Shown: positions 1 to 12,027 of the stretch, one piece after another
Layout of the letters: every line of letters starts with the position of its first letter
Position numbering within the stretch: the stretch's first letter is position 1
From: Eledone cirrhosa
Taxonomy: Eukaryota
Assembly (NCBI GenBank): GCA_964016885.1
Contig: OZ024740.1
Coordinates: forward strand, 343,356,001 to 343,420,000
Reading direction: 5' to 3'
Length of the DNA: 64,000 nucleotides
Notes under the pieces: model-generated
Database searches by the model: none
The model's input: the letters and a program-made list of their open reading frames with translations, nothing else
Told to the model about the DNA's origin: nothing
Program-made: the position numbers and the translations under genes

Positions 1-712
1 TCTTTACCATTTGTTTGGCATTTTCTAAATCCTCCTGAGTTACCGTAAATGCTTCGAACTGTTTTGCTACTCTGGCGAAACTGAGGGTTGGTTTTATAAT
101 GTCATTGTTGTTGTTGTTGCTATCGTTATTTGTGTTAATATTAATTTTAGTTTCAGTTGTGGTGGTGGTGACGTCAGTCGTCTTTGGTGGGGAAGAGTCC
201 ATTTTGCTTGATTTCATCTCGACATCACGAGTTAATTTATTTTTTCTTCTTTTGTTTCTGTTGTCGCGGTGGTGATGGGGGTGGTGGTTGTCGCGGTGTT
301 TGTGGTGGTGGAGGCTTTAACACCTGCAGTCATTGGTAATGGCGGGAAATGAATGTCTGCCTGAGACAAATTTAAAATATTGCTACTGCTTATATTTTTT
401 GTCGTGTTGGCAAACGTAGTAACATTTACAATGGTGGTGTCGGTGTGAGGTGTTAATTTGTGAGAAAGGCCTTCAGCTGCCTGGTGCAGAGGTGAATTAG
501 CCATTTTTTTTTCAAAGAAATTTTTTGATAATAATAAAAGTTTAAATTTTGGGCACAAGGCCCCAATCTTTTTGGGTGTCCTTTTCGGAAAACAATGTAT
601 GTGCGCTTATAAACAGTTAACAATAAAATTTTCCATAAATGACAATTTTTAACAAACGGAAATAACAAACCTTTGCGGAGCTCACGATGATACGATTTAC
701 TACGTAGGTCGC
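1..712 (-). mobile_element. Possible 5' end (UTR plus frameshifted ORF1-like region) of a non-LTR retroelement, running off the window edge
   Basis: Minus-strand ORF 232-558 (MANSPLHQ...) continues after a frameshift near 235 as an open frame to position 1 (TRDVEMKSSKMDSSPP...KPTLSFARVAKQFEAF). SFA.VA resembles the S[YF]A.V motif of LINE ORF1 proteins. Starts directly at the (TAA)n tract. Confidence 0.3.
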
Positions 713-713
713 C

Positions 714-769
<56 letters not shown>
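713..769. repeat. (TAA)n microsatellite, target site of the adjacent R4/Dong element
   Basis: Perfect AAT run abutting the truncated 5' end of the RT ORF. Confidence 0.9.
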
Positions 770-771
<2 letters not shown>

Positions 772-2784
772 TCTGCCCGTAATGTGGAAACTGTTGACGA
801 GCATTGTGTCTGAGGAAATCTACCATCACCTCCACACAAACAACTTGTTACCGGACGAACAGAAAGGATGCCGAAAGAAGTCACGTGGTACAAAGGACCA
901 GTTGCTTATTGATAAGATGGTAATGGGGAATTGCAGGAGGAGACACACTGATCTTGCCATGGGATGGATAGACTACAGAAAGGCATTTGACATGGTGCCT
1001 CATTCCTGGATCACCAAAAGCCTGGAGATCTTCAGGGTGGCGGATAACATCAGACAGTTGCTAGGCAGGAGTATGGGGTCCTGGGAGACAGAGTTGACAT
1101 CAACTGGAGTATCCTTGGGAAGCGTGAAGATCAAGAGAGGTATCTTCCAGGGAGATAGCCTGTCCCCTCTGTTGTTTGTCCTTGCCCTGATGCCCTTGAC
1201 CATTATGCTGCGAAAAGTGAGAGCAGGATACAAGTTGGGAAGGGGAGAGCTTACCATCAATCACCTCCTCTTCATGGACGATCTTAAGCTCTTCGGGAAA
1301 AGTGAGAAGGAGTTGGATGTGCTTGTTGACACTGTCCGTATTTTCAGCAGTGATATATGTATGCAGTTTGGTATTGGTAAATCTGGAGTCATTGTGATGA
1401 AGAGGGGTAGGTTGAGCAGAAGTAACGGGATCCAGATACCAACAGGTGAGATGATAAAGGAAATTGACTCTGAGGAAGGATACAAGTATTTGGGCGTTCT
1501 GGAGGCTGATGGCATAAAGAACAAAAAAATGACGGAATTGTTAAGAACTGAATACATTCGGAGAGTAAGGAGCGTATTGAAGTCACATCTGAACAGCAGA
1601 AATGCCATAAGCGCAGTAAATTCCCGAGCTGTGTCTATTATTAGGTACAGTGCGGGAATTCTGAGATGGAATGTTGCTGAACAGAAAGAAATGGATAGGA
1701 AGACTAGGAAGCTATTGACTATCTACAACATGTTCCACAAGAGGAGTGATGTCGATAGACTCTACCTAAGGAGATCTGAGGGTGGAAGAGGTCTTATCAG
1801 CATAGAGGACTGTGTTCAGATGGAGAAAAACAACCTATACAAATACGTGACCTATAGTAAGGAGCCAATGCTCAGAGCTGTACTGAAGGAGGGGACAGTA
1901 GGCCAGGGGATGTCCAGGGAGGAAATAACATCAAGGAGGAAGAGCAGCCTTAAGGGAAAACCCCTTCATAGTACCTTCTTTGAGAAAAGTGAATTTAGAG
2001 ATCCACAGACATGGAACTGGTTGAGAAGAGGAGACCTCAAAAAGGCTACAGAAGGAATGCTAATGGCTGCGCAGGAGCAGGCCCTCAAAACGAAGTGGTT
2101 GAAGCACCATATCTACAAGGAGGAGGCCAGCCCACTGTGCAGGATCTGTGGAGAGAGAGAGGAGACTGTGGCTCACATTGTGTCCGAGTGTAAACACCTA
2201 GCCCAGACCCACTATAAGGGCTGGAGACACGATGTGATGGGCAGGGTGATCCACTGGCACCTGTGCAAAGTAAACAATCTACCACATTCTGAGAAATGGT
2301 ATGAGCATAGGCCAGAGGCGGTGATGGAGAACAATCAGGTGAAGGTGCTGTGGGATTTTAGGATACAGACGGACAAAAAACTGGAACACAATAGACCTGA
2401 CCTGGTGGTTGTGGACAAAGAAAAAAGATCGTGCCTGATTGTGGATGTGGCCTGCCCGTTCGACACGAGAGTGCAAGAGAAGGAGAGGGAGAAAATTAAC
2501 CGATACCAGGACCTAAAGTGGGAGGTGAAAAGGATTTGGAACTGCCATGAAGTCAAAGTGATCCCGATTGTCATAGGCGCACTGGGGACTATCTCCAAAA
2601 GTTTCCAGGGATGGTTAAAGAAAATCGGCCCCTTCACGCTTTTTGGAACGCTTCAAAAGGCATGCTTGCTTGGAACGGCAAGAACCCTCCGATACGTCCT
2701 GAATATCTGAGGCTGCAGGCAGTGGCTTGATATTCAATCCAACGGACTTTCCAGTTAACCAACATCAATGACTGAGATTCAAGG
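770..2784 (+). mobile_element. 5'-truncated R4/Dong-clade non-LTR retrotransposon, copy 1
   Basis: Begins mid-RT at [10 protein letters not shown], has a short 3' UTR ending GATTCAAGG, then (AAT)n at 2785-2810. Flanked by TAA repeats, the known target of Dong-type elements. Confidence 0.9.
782..2710 (+). CDS. Reverse transcriptase plus restriction-like endonuclease (RLE), N-terminally truncated
   Basis: RT motifs [43 protein letters not shown] knuckle [21 protein letters not shown], and PDLVVVD...DVACP...K..RY of the PD-(D/E)xK RLE. 642 aa without interruption. Confidence 0.93.
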   Translation: MWKLLTSIVSEEIYHHLHTNNLLPDEQKGCRKKSRGTKDQLLIDKMVMGNCRRRHTDLAMGWIDYRKAFDMVPHSWITKSLEIFRVADNIRQLLGRSMGSWETELTSTGVSLGSVKIKRGIFQGDSLSPLLFVLALMPLTIMLRKVRAGYKLGRGELTINHLLFMDDLKLFGKSEKELDVLVDTVRIFSSDICMQFGIGKSGVIVMKRGRLSRSNGIQIPTGEMIKEIDSEEGYKYLGVLEADGIKNKKMTELLRTEYIRRVRSVLKSHLNSRNAISAVNSRAVSIIRYSAGILRWNVAEQKEMDRKTRKLLTIYNMFHKRSDVDRLYLRRSEGGRGLISIEDCVQMEKNNLYKYVTYSKEPMLRAVLKEGTVGQGMSREEITSRRKSSLKGKPLHSTFFEKSEFRDPQTWNWLRRGDLKKATEGMLMAAQEQALKTKWLKHHIYKEEASPLCRICGEREETVAHIVSECKHLAQTHYKGWRHDVMGRVIHWHLCKVNNLPHSEKWYEHRPEAVMENNQVKVLWDFRIQTDKKLEHNRPDLVVVDKEKRSCLIVDVACPFDTRVQEKEREKINRYQDLKWEVKRIWNCHEVKVIPIVIGALGTISKSFQGWLKKIGPFTLFGTLQKACLLGTARTLRYVLNI

Positions 2785-2810
2785 AATAATAATAATAATA
2801 ATAATAATAA

Positions 2811-3736
2811 AAGGAGCCAATGCTCAGAACTGTACTGAAGGAGGGGACAGTAGGCCAGGGGATGTCCAAGGAGGAAATAACATCAAGGAGGAAGAGCAGC
2901 CTTAAGGGAAAATCCCTTCATAGTACCTTCTTTGAGAAAAGTGAATTTAGAGATCCACAGACATGGAACTGGTTGAGAAGAGGAGACCTCAAAAAGGCTA
3001 CAGAAGGAATGCTAATGGCTGCGCAGGAGCAGGCCCTCAAACCGAAGTGGTTGAAGGGCCATATTTACAAGGAGGAGGCTAGCCCACTATGCAGGATCTG
3101 TGGAGAGAGAGAGGAGACTGTGGCTCACATTGTGTCCGAATGTAAACACCTAGCCCAGACCCACTATAAGGGCTGGAGACACGATGTGATGGGCAGGGTG
3201 ATCCACTGGCACCTGTGCAAAGTAAACAATTTACCACACTCTGAGAAATGGTATGAGCATAGGCCAGAGGCGGTGATGGAGAACAATCAGGTGAAGGTGC
3301 TGTGGGATTTTAGGATACAGACGGACACAAAACTGGAACACAATAGACCTGACCTGGTGGTTGTGGACAAAGAAAAAAGATCGTGTCTGATTGTGGATGT
3401 GGCCTGCCCTTTCGACACGAGAGTGCAAGAGAAGGAGAGGGAGAAAATTAACCGATACCAGGACCTAAAGTGGGAGGTGAAAAGGATTTGGAACTGCCAT
3501 GAAGTCAAAGTGATCCCGATTGTCATAGGCGCACTGGGGACTATCTCCAAAAGTTTCCAGGGATGGTTAAAGAAAATCGGCCCCGTCACGCTTTTTGGAA
3601 CGCTTCAAAAGGCATGCTTGCTTGGAACAGCAAGAACCCTCCAATACGTCCTGAATATCTGAGGCTGCAGGTAGTGGCTTGATATTCATTCCAACGGACT
3701 TTTCAGTTAACCAACATCAATGACTGAGATTCAAGG
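2811..3736 (+). mobile_element. 5'-truncated R4/Dong element, copy 2 (RLE half only; ORF 2820-3662)
   Basis: Near-identical to 1859-2784 with scattered substitutions. Follows the (AAT)n tail of copy 1 and has its own AAT/AAC tail at 3737-3761. Confidence 0.9.
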
Positions 3737-3888
3737 AATAACAACAATAATAATAATAATATCATTGTATACTTCAGTTCATGTGCTTTTGGTATAATCA
3801 TACTTAAGGCAGACAAACATTAACTGAATATGTAAAGTTGACAATATAATTTTACAACGTTAAAAATGGCAGTGACTTCGTGTAGTGA

Positions 3889-3893
<5 letters not shown>

Positions 3894-3960
<67 letters not shown>
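3894..3960. repeat. (AG)n microsatellite
   Basis: Perfect dinucleotide run. Confidence 0.95.
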
Positions 3961-3963
<3 letters not shown>

Positions 3964-4327
3964 GTGGAAAAGAGAAAGAGAACCGTAATGGACGGGTACT
4001 TGAAATTTTTAACTTTGATAGGATGAAAGTCAAACTTGACATTGTTGATACATAGAATCAAAGCGCAGCGAATCGGAACGAATGAGTCAAGGTATTCTAT
4101 CAGACGCTCTAACAGCCAAATCGCTGCCTTATCTCTCTTTCAGATCTCTCCCTTTCCCCCTCCCTATTTTGTTTTTGTTTTCGGTTATTTTTCTGTCTGC
4201 TTCGTCTATTCGTGGTGTATTCTGTTCCTTGTCGACAAGACATGAAATGTATACACACTTTGATAATCTGTACAAGCAATATTTATTAGAATGCACAGCA
4301 TGTGTGTATACATTTTTGGGACACGTA

Positions 4328-4449
4328 GCTGTCGAAACGGCCGGAGCTCAGCCGTCGAGGCCCTGACTCTTTTCCTATTACTCACTCTACTACCCTAAGT
4401 ACTCTGGTGCCTTATGGTCCACCTGGTTCCTTATCACACTTTCTTTGTT
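4328..4449 (+). repeat. Short dispersed repeat family G (resembles the 3' half of a hammerhead plus tail), ending in (TA)n
   Basis: GTC-GAAA-CGGC-loop-GCCG-TC followed by a conserved tail. Homologues at 10119-10288, 24001-24139 and 24161-24217. Confidence 0.6.
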
Positions 4450-4481
4450 ATATATATATATATAGTAAAATAACAGATTAA

Positions 4482-4532
4482 AGTTTAAGCAAAGAATCGC
4501 TGCTTTCACCCTTAACGGGATCTTCTGAAACT
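4482..4532 (-). ncRNA. Hammerhead-like motif with non-canonical core
   Basis: Minus strand AGTTT-CAGAAGA-T-CCC-GTTAA-GGG-T-GAA-AGCA-loop-TGCT-T-AAACT. All three stems pair, but the core is CAGAAGA rather than CUGANGA. Related sequence at 10606-10883. Confidence 0.4.
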
Positions 4533-5559
4533 AAAAAAAAATCAATCTGTGAACGCAGAAGTAAATATTTCAAAAAACGTTGCAAGCGAAGGAAGACAGA
4601 AAGACGATACTTAGGTTCGTGGAAACGTTCCCAGGCAATTGTGTATTTACAGGTGGTATGTGGGTGTGCGCGTTTATACTTATTTATGTGTGTATATTTC
4701 TACGAGATATTTAATTCTTATTTTCATTTATTTTTTTATTATATCTTCATACTATAATCTCAAGTTAACCGATTTGATTCCCCTCACCTACCGATTTACA
4801 ATTACCTGAGCCAAAACAAATCCCTTCATTTGTTAAATTTACTTGCTTTTAAAACACCATTCAATGTTCAGCCAAGGAACCATTCGATTGCGGTTTGACC
4901 TGCTAGAAGTAACAGCCAAAATTATGTCACGCCTTCTTAAGTACCCATTATATAGTGTTGTCTTATATACTGCTAAAAGTACGGGATGATATCGGCTAGA
5001 ATACCTTTGCTCACATGTCATCTTTATCAAGGTTGACTTAGAAAGAAGAAGAACAAGAACAACTTTTAATAGTATATAACCACACTTCATATCTTTCTCA
5101 CATCTTCTACCATCTATGCACCTCCTAATCATTTTATATCTTCAATCGTCTTTCAGAATCTTCATTGAGTGTTGTCAGCAAGGCTCTTTTCTTTTTCCAA
5201 ATGACCTAACTTCAAACGATAGCTTTAAACAACAGGAACTATTAATCATGCATTAACCACTCTTCCACTAAGGTGGTGAATTAGCAGTTAGCGTCGGATT
5301 ATATGCCTTGTGTTATTTGATCTGACTCACTGTGCATTGTGTTCAAATGATTACTTTCAGCATTTCATAGTTGATAAACAATGTACCAGTCCCCGGACAT
5401 GGATAGGTAGAATTGTTAGTTAATCACATGTGACCTCAATTAAAATCCCACCTGCTTTCAATGAAAAAATATTACTATGATTGGGCAGGGCTCCACTTCT
5501 TTGAACCCCTAAAGAAATCTATGAGATGCAAACTTTAAGTAGGCCGGCTGAACCTACAT

Positions 5560-5566
5560 CAGCAGC

Positions 5567-5618
<52 letters not shown>

Positions 5619-5730
5619 ATAGCGGTAATAGCTGCAACAGTAGTAACATCAGTAGCAAAAACAACAGCAGCAACAACTGCAAGAATAGCAGTAGCAACAA
5701 TAGCAGCAATAGCAGCAGCAACAGCAGCAG
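5560..5730. repeat. Imperfect (CAG/CAA/TAG)n trinucleotide repeat
   Basis: Explains the poly-Ala ORFs on both strands. Confidence 0.85.
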
Positions 5731-6394
5731 AAACCATTACCTAGTTAGAGAATTACTTCTAACCCACAGTTATTTTATCTTATTTTATTCTGATAGTTAA
5801 ACAAATGTTTTTCTCCTCAAATATTATGAGATTTACTTCCCCTTACTCTAAAATGCACTTATTTTAATTATGAGATTAAATCGCTCACTCGGTTCAACAG
5901 TAGCCATTTGATTCTTGTATGCCTTTAACAGAATCTATTTTGATGCATGCATTCAGGCTAAGTCTTCGGTTTTGGATTATCCTACCTCCGCCCAGTAATC
6001 TCAGAGACACTGTAAAAGGGTTCGAAGACACTGACAATGTTAAGGTTCAAAGGCATATTTCTTCCCTCCCTGACTGAAAGCTAAAAATGGATTATCCCCG
6101 CCTTTAAATGATCCCTTCTGTTTCATTACTATTCTACTACCACTTATCTAACTGTCTTTTAGAATTTACATTTAACATTGTCAATGAGATTATTTTTCTT
6201 TCTTTCAAATCATCTAGCTTAGAGTAATAAGTTTGAACTCACGAATTATTTGTCATGCGTAAACCACGCCTCTAATGTCATATTAACTTATTACTCCTAC
6301 TTCACCGTTGTTTTATTTTGATATTCAAACTGACTCTGTTTCAACAACTAAACTTCATTATCATGCTACTTCATTTTTTCTTTGGAGTAACTGT

Positions 6395-6670
6395 ATGTTA
6401 CGTAAGGTCGTGATTTCGATTCCTTGTGGCGCGCTGTGACCATAATGAAGATACTTTATTTCACGTTCAGCTGGCAAAAATGAGTTGTACCTGTAATTCG
6501 AAGGGCCACCCTTGTCACATTCAGTGTCACGCTGAATCTCCATGAGAATTGCATTATGGGTATGCGTGTTTGTGGAATGCTCAGCCACTTGCACGTTAAT
6601 TTTACGAGCAGGCTGTTGCGTTGATTGTATCAATTGGAACACTCGTTTCCGTAACCGACGGAGTACCGCT
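6395..6670 (+). mobile_element. Old tRNA-derived SINE, decayed
   Basis: Decayed B-box (GATTTCGATTCC). Body resembles 46045-46520. Confidence 0.45.
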
Positions 6671-8477
6671 AACTATATGTTACCTCAATACATAACTACA
6701 CTGTATCTGACCCAATGAGAGAAAATATACGTGGTCTTCTGACTTGCTAGATATAGCAGCACAAACTCTCTTAAATAACTCTCTAGCATCTATATAATAA
6801 CGGAGAGCACATTTTGCATAATTTAGTTTGAGACAAGCTATGTGTGAAATGACAGATGGGTTGGCTTGAACGTTTTTGATAATAAATCTGTTTGTTTAGG
6901 GTTTACTTGAGACCGAAAAACAAAAACAGAACTGCATCATATCTGTTTGCATCACGTTACTATAAACCATACTCCCCAAACCAAGATGAGCAAACTTGTG
7001 GACACTATTAGAAATATCAGCCAGATCTCTCTCCAATCACACTCTACCATCTTAAAAAAAGAAACGATACGTTGGATAATGTATTCATCGATACATTATC
7101 AGTGAAAAAACAACAACAAAAAGAAGAGGAATGAGGGTTTACGTATCTCAAAGAATATTCAGCCACTTTGTACATTGATATACTAATTAGGTAGTACAGT
7201 TGATCAAGCAAATGTACACTCACACGTCTTGCTCGATAAGTGAGTCCGTCATATGGTTCATGGCTGTTGTGCTGTTTGTTGTGGTGGTTGCTGCGGTGGT
7301 TGTAATGGTTGTTGTGTTGGTTGAGGTGAATCTTATGGTGGCTATTATTGTGATCATTCTGGTAATTTTGGTAGTGGATATGGTGACTGTTGAGTTGGTT
7401 TGTTGTGTTGGATGTAGTAGTTGTAGTAGTAGGGGTTGTAATGCTTGTGGCGCAAGTGGTAGTAATTGTAGCTATCGTACCATCGACGATGATGGCATCA
7501 AAGTTAAAATGGTAGGGACAACGTTGGCAGCATAATATAATGTGAGAAGACGTGCGGCTGGTTGGTGATGGTGATGGTGTTAGTAACGTCAGTGATAACA
7601 AAGCCGTGGTCGAGAACACAATGGAAGTGAGTGTATGGCGACAATGGGGTGGTTGTTGGTAATGCTGCTGACGACGACGGTAATAAGGATGATAATAATG
7701 ATGTTGATGATGAAGGCGACGATGATAAAGGACGTGGTGGTGGTAGTTTAAGATGAGGTGGATATATTACACCGAAATAAAGAAAATTTGGTGAGAGAAT
7801 CGGTGGTGTCGGCGTTTGTGATAAAAACAAAAACAAATAAAAAAAAATGGAGGTGGAAGAGGTACGTTCCAATCCTAAATCTTTTTACCTTCCACACCCA
7901 CCAAAATCAAACAAACCCAAATCTTGCAAGCACGAGCACTCCAGTAATCTACAATCACACAAGTCAAACCCTACACTTCCCCCAATACACTACCTTAAGC
8001 TGAAAAACTCACCTATCTCACTTGCCGGATTTGATCTCAGTATCTTTAAGCGAAGAGAAATGAACTTTGATTTATGACTTCTGGGCTTATATCATTTTAT
8101 AGTTATTTATGCTTTCCCTTCAGCTGAAATGATCAACACCACAGGCACCCACACCACTCCCATAACCAGCGCAACACTACATTTATCCCAATACTACGTC
8201 TAACCTAACACTACCTCTAGCCCATCACCACCACTAACCCATTAACCAACCAACTCACCACCACACTTATTCAGATTGTGTTACAAATTGCGAGTTTCTA
8301 ACGTTTACACCAATATATTATTGACAGACGCAGAGTGAGCACACACACACAGAAACATAAAAACACGAACACGCACAAATCTAAACTCATATACATACAC
8401 TGATCCAAACACACACACACACACATATATATGTGAGTATGTATAAATAAATATGTATAAGTATATATAAATAAGTA

Positions 8478-8513
<36 letters not shown>

Positions 8514-8727
8514 CATATATATATGTATATTGATATATATATATATAGGTTTATATATGTATATATATATATATGAATATGAATGTGTATATTTATATCT
8601 ATATACATATATATATATACATGTATATATATGCATATATATATATATGTGTGTGTGTGTGTCTGTGTGTGTGTGCGTGTGTGTGTGTGTAAGTATATAT
8701 ATACACATGCATATATATATATATATG

Positions 8728-9016
8728 AGGGATAAGTTGTGGTGTGCAGGAGAGAAGGCTGAGATGGTATGGACATGTGATGCGCATGGAGGATGACCGC
8801 TGGGTAAAGAAGTGCCAAGAAATCCCAGTAGAAGGAAGACGCAGTAGAGGTAGACCACGAAAAACATGGGCGGAGGTGGTGAGAGCAGACCTCAGATCGT
8901 TGAAACTCACCGAGGAGATGACGAAGGACCGTGACAAGTGAAGAGATGCTGTGCTGAATAGGACCCGTTCCACCCTTGTAAGCAGGGAAAAGCGGACGTA
9001 AAATGATGATGATGAT
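8728..9016 (+). mobile_element. RTE-clade LINE 3' fragment
   Basis: [20 protein letters not shown]...[12 protein letters not shown] is a typical RTE C-terminus. Ends in a (TGA)n tail. Confidence 0.85.
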
Positions 9017-9021
9017 ATACA

Positions 9022-9189
9022 ATTCGTTTTTGTATTTACTTTGCGAGATTTCTTATCTGAAAACGTGTATTGAAACAGATATTGTTCTACTTTGGGAGGG
9101 TCATACTAGCAATAAAAACACACGCACCTGTTGGTTTCACTTCAATTTATTATAAATTTCCGGTTGGTTGGTTCGATAACTGGAAGGTT

Positions 9190-9196
<7 letters not shown>
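9022..9196 (-). mobile_element. 3' tail fragment of the PLE found at 58624-60022
   Basis: Diverged reverse complement of ~59815-60022, next to (TA)n. Confidence 0.7.
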
Positions 9197-9232
<36 letters not shown>

Positions 9233-9589
9233 TATATAAAGCCGTCCTTGCCCAATTGCACCTCTCAAAGATGATGACACATGAGCGAGATCTCTGAATA
9301 CAGAAGACCCGACTTCACACGAACACAAGCCGAAGCATATATACGGTATGCCCCACCGCACCAAGACATGGTCACCTGACCTAGCATTGCCCACAACAGG
9401 ACAACCCGTCTAACCCATGCTAACGTGGAAAATGGACGTAAGGCGGAGGTGATGATGATACACACACACACATATATATACATTATGTGTATACATATAT
9501 GTATATATATGTATATATATATATATGTGTGTGTGTGTGAGTGTGTGTGTGTGAGTGTGTGTGTGTGAGTGTGTGAGTGTGTGTGTGTG

Positions 9590-9877
9590 TGTTACGTTGG
9601 TACCACAAAACATGCAGCTCAATCTGTAAGTGGTCGTGTAGGTCTCATGACAAAAAACAGCAAGCCCACACTGTAAAGTGGTCGTGTAAACGACACAGTA
9701 AAAAGCACCCAGCACACATTGTAAATGTGGTTGGCGCTAGGAAGGGCATCCAGCCATAGAAAACTAGCCAGAAACTGTCCTATATGAGCGAGACACGGTC
9801 ACCCGACCTCTAAATGGGACAAACCCGTCTAACCCATGCTAACGTGGAAGATGGACGTTAAACGATGATGATGATGA
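9590..9877 (+). mobile_element. SINE fragment with RTE-type tail (MetaSINE-like central motif)
   Basis: GGTTGGCGCTAGGAAGGGCATCCAGCC motif. The tail AACCCGTCTAACCCATGCTAACGTGGAA.ATGGACGT plus (TGA)n also occurs at ~9400-9459 and resembles the RTE tail at 8960-9016. Confidence 0.55.
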
Positions 9878-9883
9878 TATTTG

Positions 9884-9940
<57 letters not shown>

Positions 9941-9941
9941 T

Positions 9942-10032
<91 letters not shown>

Positions 10033-10081
10033 AATAAACCTTTATTTGTCTGCCTCTCTGTTTTGTTCCCGTCTAAATTTG

Positions 10082-10119
<38 letters not shown>

Positions 10120-10284
10120 CGAAGGAAATGTGGTAAGGATCCAGGTGGACCATAACGCACCAAAGTACTCAATACTTAGGGTAGTAGAGTGGGTAATAGG
10201 AACGAGTAGGACCCCGACGGCTGAGCTCAAGCCGTTTCGACGGCTAATTCTGGCTTGAGCTCAGCCGTCGGGGTCCTACTCGTT

Positions 10285-10317
<33 letters not shown>

Positions 10318-10319
<2 letters not shown>

Positions 10320-10505
10320 ATAATTGTTTCTACGTTTAGCACAAGGCAAGCAATTACCCAGTGTATTACTGGTACTTTATTTTATCGACCCCGTAAGGAT
10401 GAAAGGCAAAGTTAACCTCGGCGGGATTTGAACTCAGAATGGCAAGAGCCGTAACTAAATGCGTCAAAGCATGGCATCCGACCCTCTACCGATACTGCCA
10501 ATCCA
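10318..10505 (-). mobile_element. Young tRNA-derived SINE (family S1)
   Basis: A box TGGCAGTATCGGTAG, B box GAGTTCAAATCCC, body AACTTTGCCTTTCATCCTTACGGGGTCGATAAAATAAAGTACCAG, ATT tail. More than 10 copies in the window. Confidence 0.85.
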
Positions 10506-10906
10506 TATAGTAATAATAACTGTGAAGACTAAAATCCAAAGAGGGCTCGATAAGGATAAATATATAAATATATAAATATATAAGAACCCTAGAGCAAATA
10601 TTTATTAAAATAACAGATTAAAGTTTAAGCAAAGAATCGCTGCTTTCACCCTTCTGAAACTAAAAAAATCAATCTGTGAACGCAGAAGTAAATATTTCGA
10701 AAAACATTTTGTCTTTGCGTGTAATTGTTCTCTCGTCCCACATAACGACGTATTATCTTCGCTTTTTTTCCTTCATTGCCAGGGAACGTCTTCACCAACC
10801 AAAGTATCGTCTTCCTGTTTTCCGTCGGTTGCAACGTTTTTCGTTCACAGATTGATATTTTTAGTTTCGGATGATCCCGTTAATTTATTATTATTACTAT
10901 ATATAA

Positions 10907-11096
10907 GGGCGGTGAATTGGCAGTATCGGTAGAGGGTTGGACGCCATGCTTTCTAGCATAGTTACGTCCCTTTACAGTCTGAGTTCAAATCCCGCCGAGG
11001 TTAACTTTGCCTTTCATCCTTACGAGGTTGATAAAATAAAGTACCAGTAATGTACTGGTTAATTGCTGGCCTTGTGCCTAAAGTAGAAACAATTAT

Positions 11097-11099
<3 letters not shown>
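10907..11099 (+). mobile_element. SINE family S1
   Basis: Same A/B boxes and body. Head-to-head with the copy at 10318. Confidence 0.85.
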
Positions 11100-11136
<37 letters not shown>

Positions 11137-11254
11137 AAAAATTAGCTTTTAAATCCTTTTTATTTCCTTACACGTGAAAATTCGTAAATCAAGATCTATA
11201 TAGATATTATTTGTTCTTCTTTGGAGGATTAAAAAAGCATTACATTGAAACAGA

Positions 11255-11480
11255 ATATATCCAAAATTCATGTAAGAAAATATTTGATAGGATTTTACCT
11301 AAGTAAAAAGATAAAAATGCCTACTGGCTTTGGGGCAACACAGCTGTGGCTATCATGTCGTTCAAACATATTAGTAGTAAGAACAAACTTAAATTCTTAC
11401 AATTTGACATTGATAATTATTATGCCTCTATCTTTTCTATTATTTTAAATAAGGCCTTTAATATTTGCCAAAAACTTCAT
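11255..11480 (+). pseudogene. Decayed Penelope-like RT fragment
   Basis: Translates as CKKIFDRILPK*...WGNTAVAIMSFKHISSKNKLKFLQFDIDNYYASIFSIILNKAFN, matching the PLE RT W.NT..V..WF...F.QFDI..FYPSI region. Confidence 0.6.
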
Positions 11481-11783
11481 GAATTTGAAAATTAGGATTG
11501 GTGCTCTGAAATAGCGATGTATGTATAGTATATTTGGCAATATAGTGTATGTTTAATTAAAATAATAGCGCAAGGTCTTCAAAATGTTTTTCAATTAAAC
11601 ATACAGTATATTGCCAAATATACTATACATACATTCATGTAATACATCGCTATTTCAGAGCACCAATCCTAATTTTCAATGTTTGCTGGACCGTCAATCG
11701 TTCAGTATAATCAGTTCCTGATTATTACTGGAATTCTATAAGAATCCAGCCTCTATAATTTTCAGCAAAGGTGTGGCGTGTGC

Positions 11784-11829
11784 TAAGCTCTGATGAACAC
11801 CAACATTGTGAAACAGATCTGTCAGCTTA
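11784..11829 (+). ncRNA. Minimal type I hammerhead ribozyme (PLE type)
   Basis: TAAGCT-CTGATGA-ACA-CCAACAT-TGT-GAAA-CAGATCTG-TC-AGCTTA: 6-bp stem I, full core, palindromic stem III, GUC cleavage triplet. Confidence 0.85.
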
Positions 11830-11987
11830 TCTCCCTTCCTTTGTTGAAAAAAGAAGTAAGTGACATAGTCACTACTTTAAAATAATAACGCAAGGTCTTC
11901 AAAATGTTTTTTAATCAAACATACAGTATATTGCCAAATATACTATACATACATTCATGTATACATCGCTATTTCAGAGCACCAATC

Positions 11988-12027
<40 letters not shown>

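Noticed and set aside
1000-3589. Antisense and alternative-frame ORFs overlapping the Dong elements
   Set aside because: Shadow ORFs of the RT-RLE frame with no motifs of their own.
7847-8077. Possible decayed LINE C-terminal zinc-knuckle region
   Set aside because: The resemblance is too weak to support a call.
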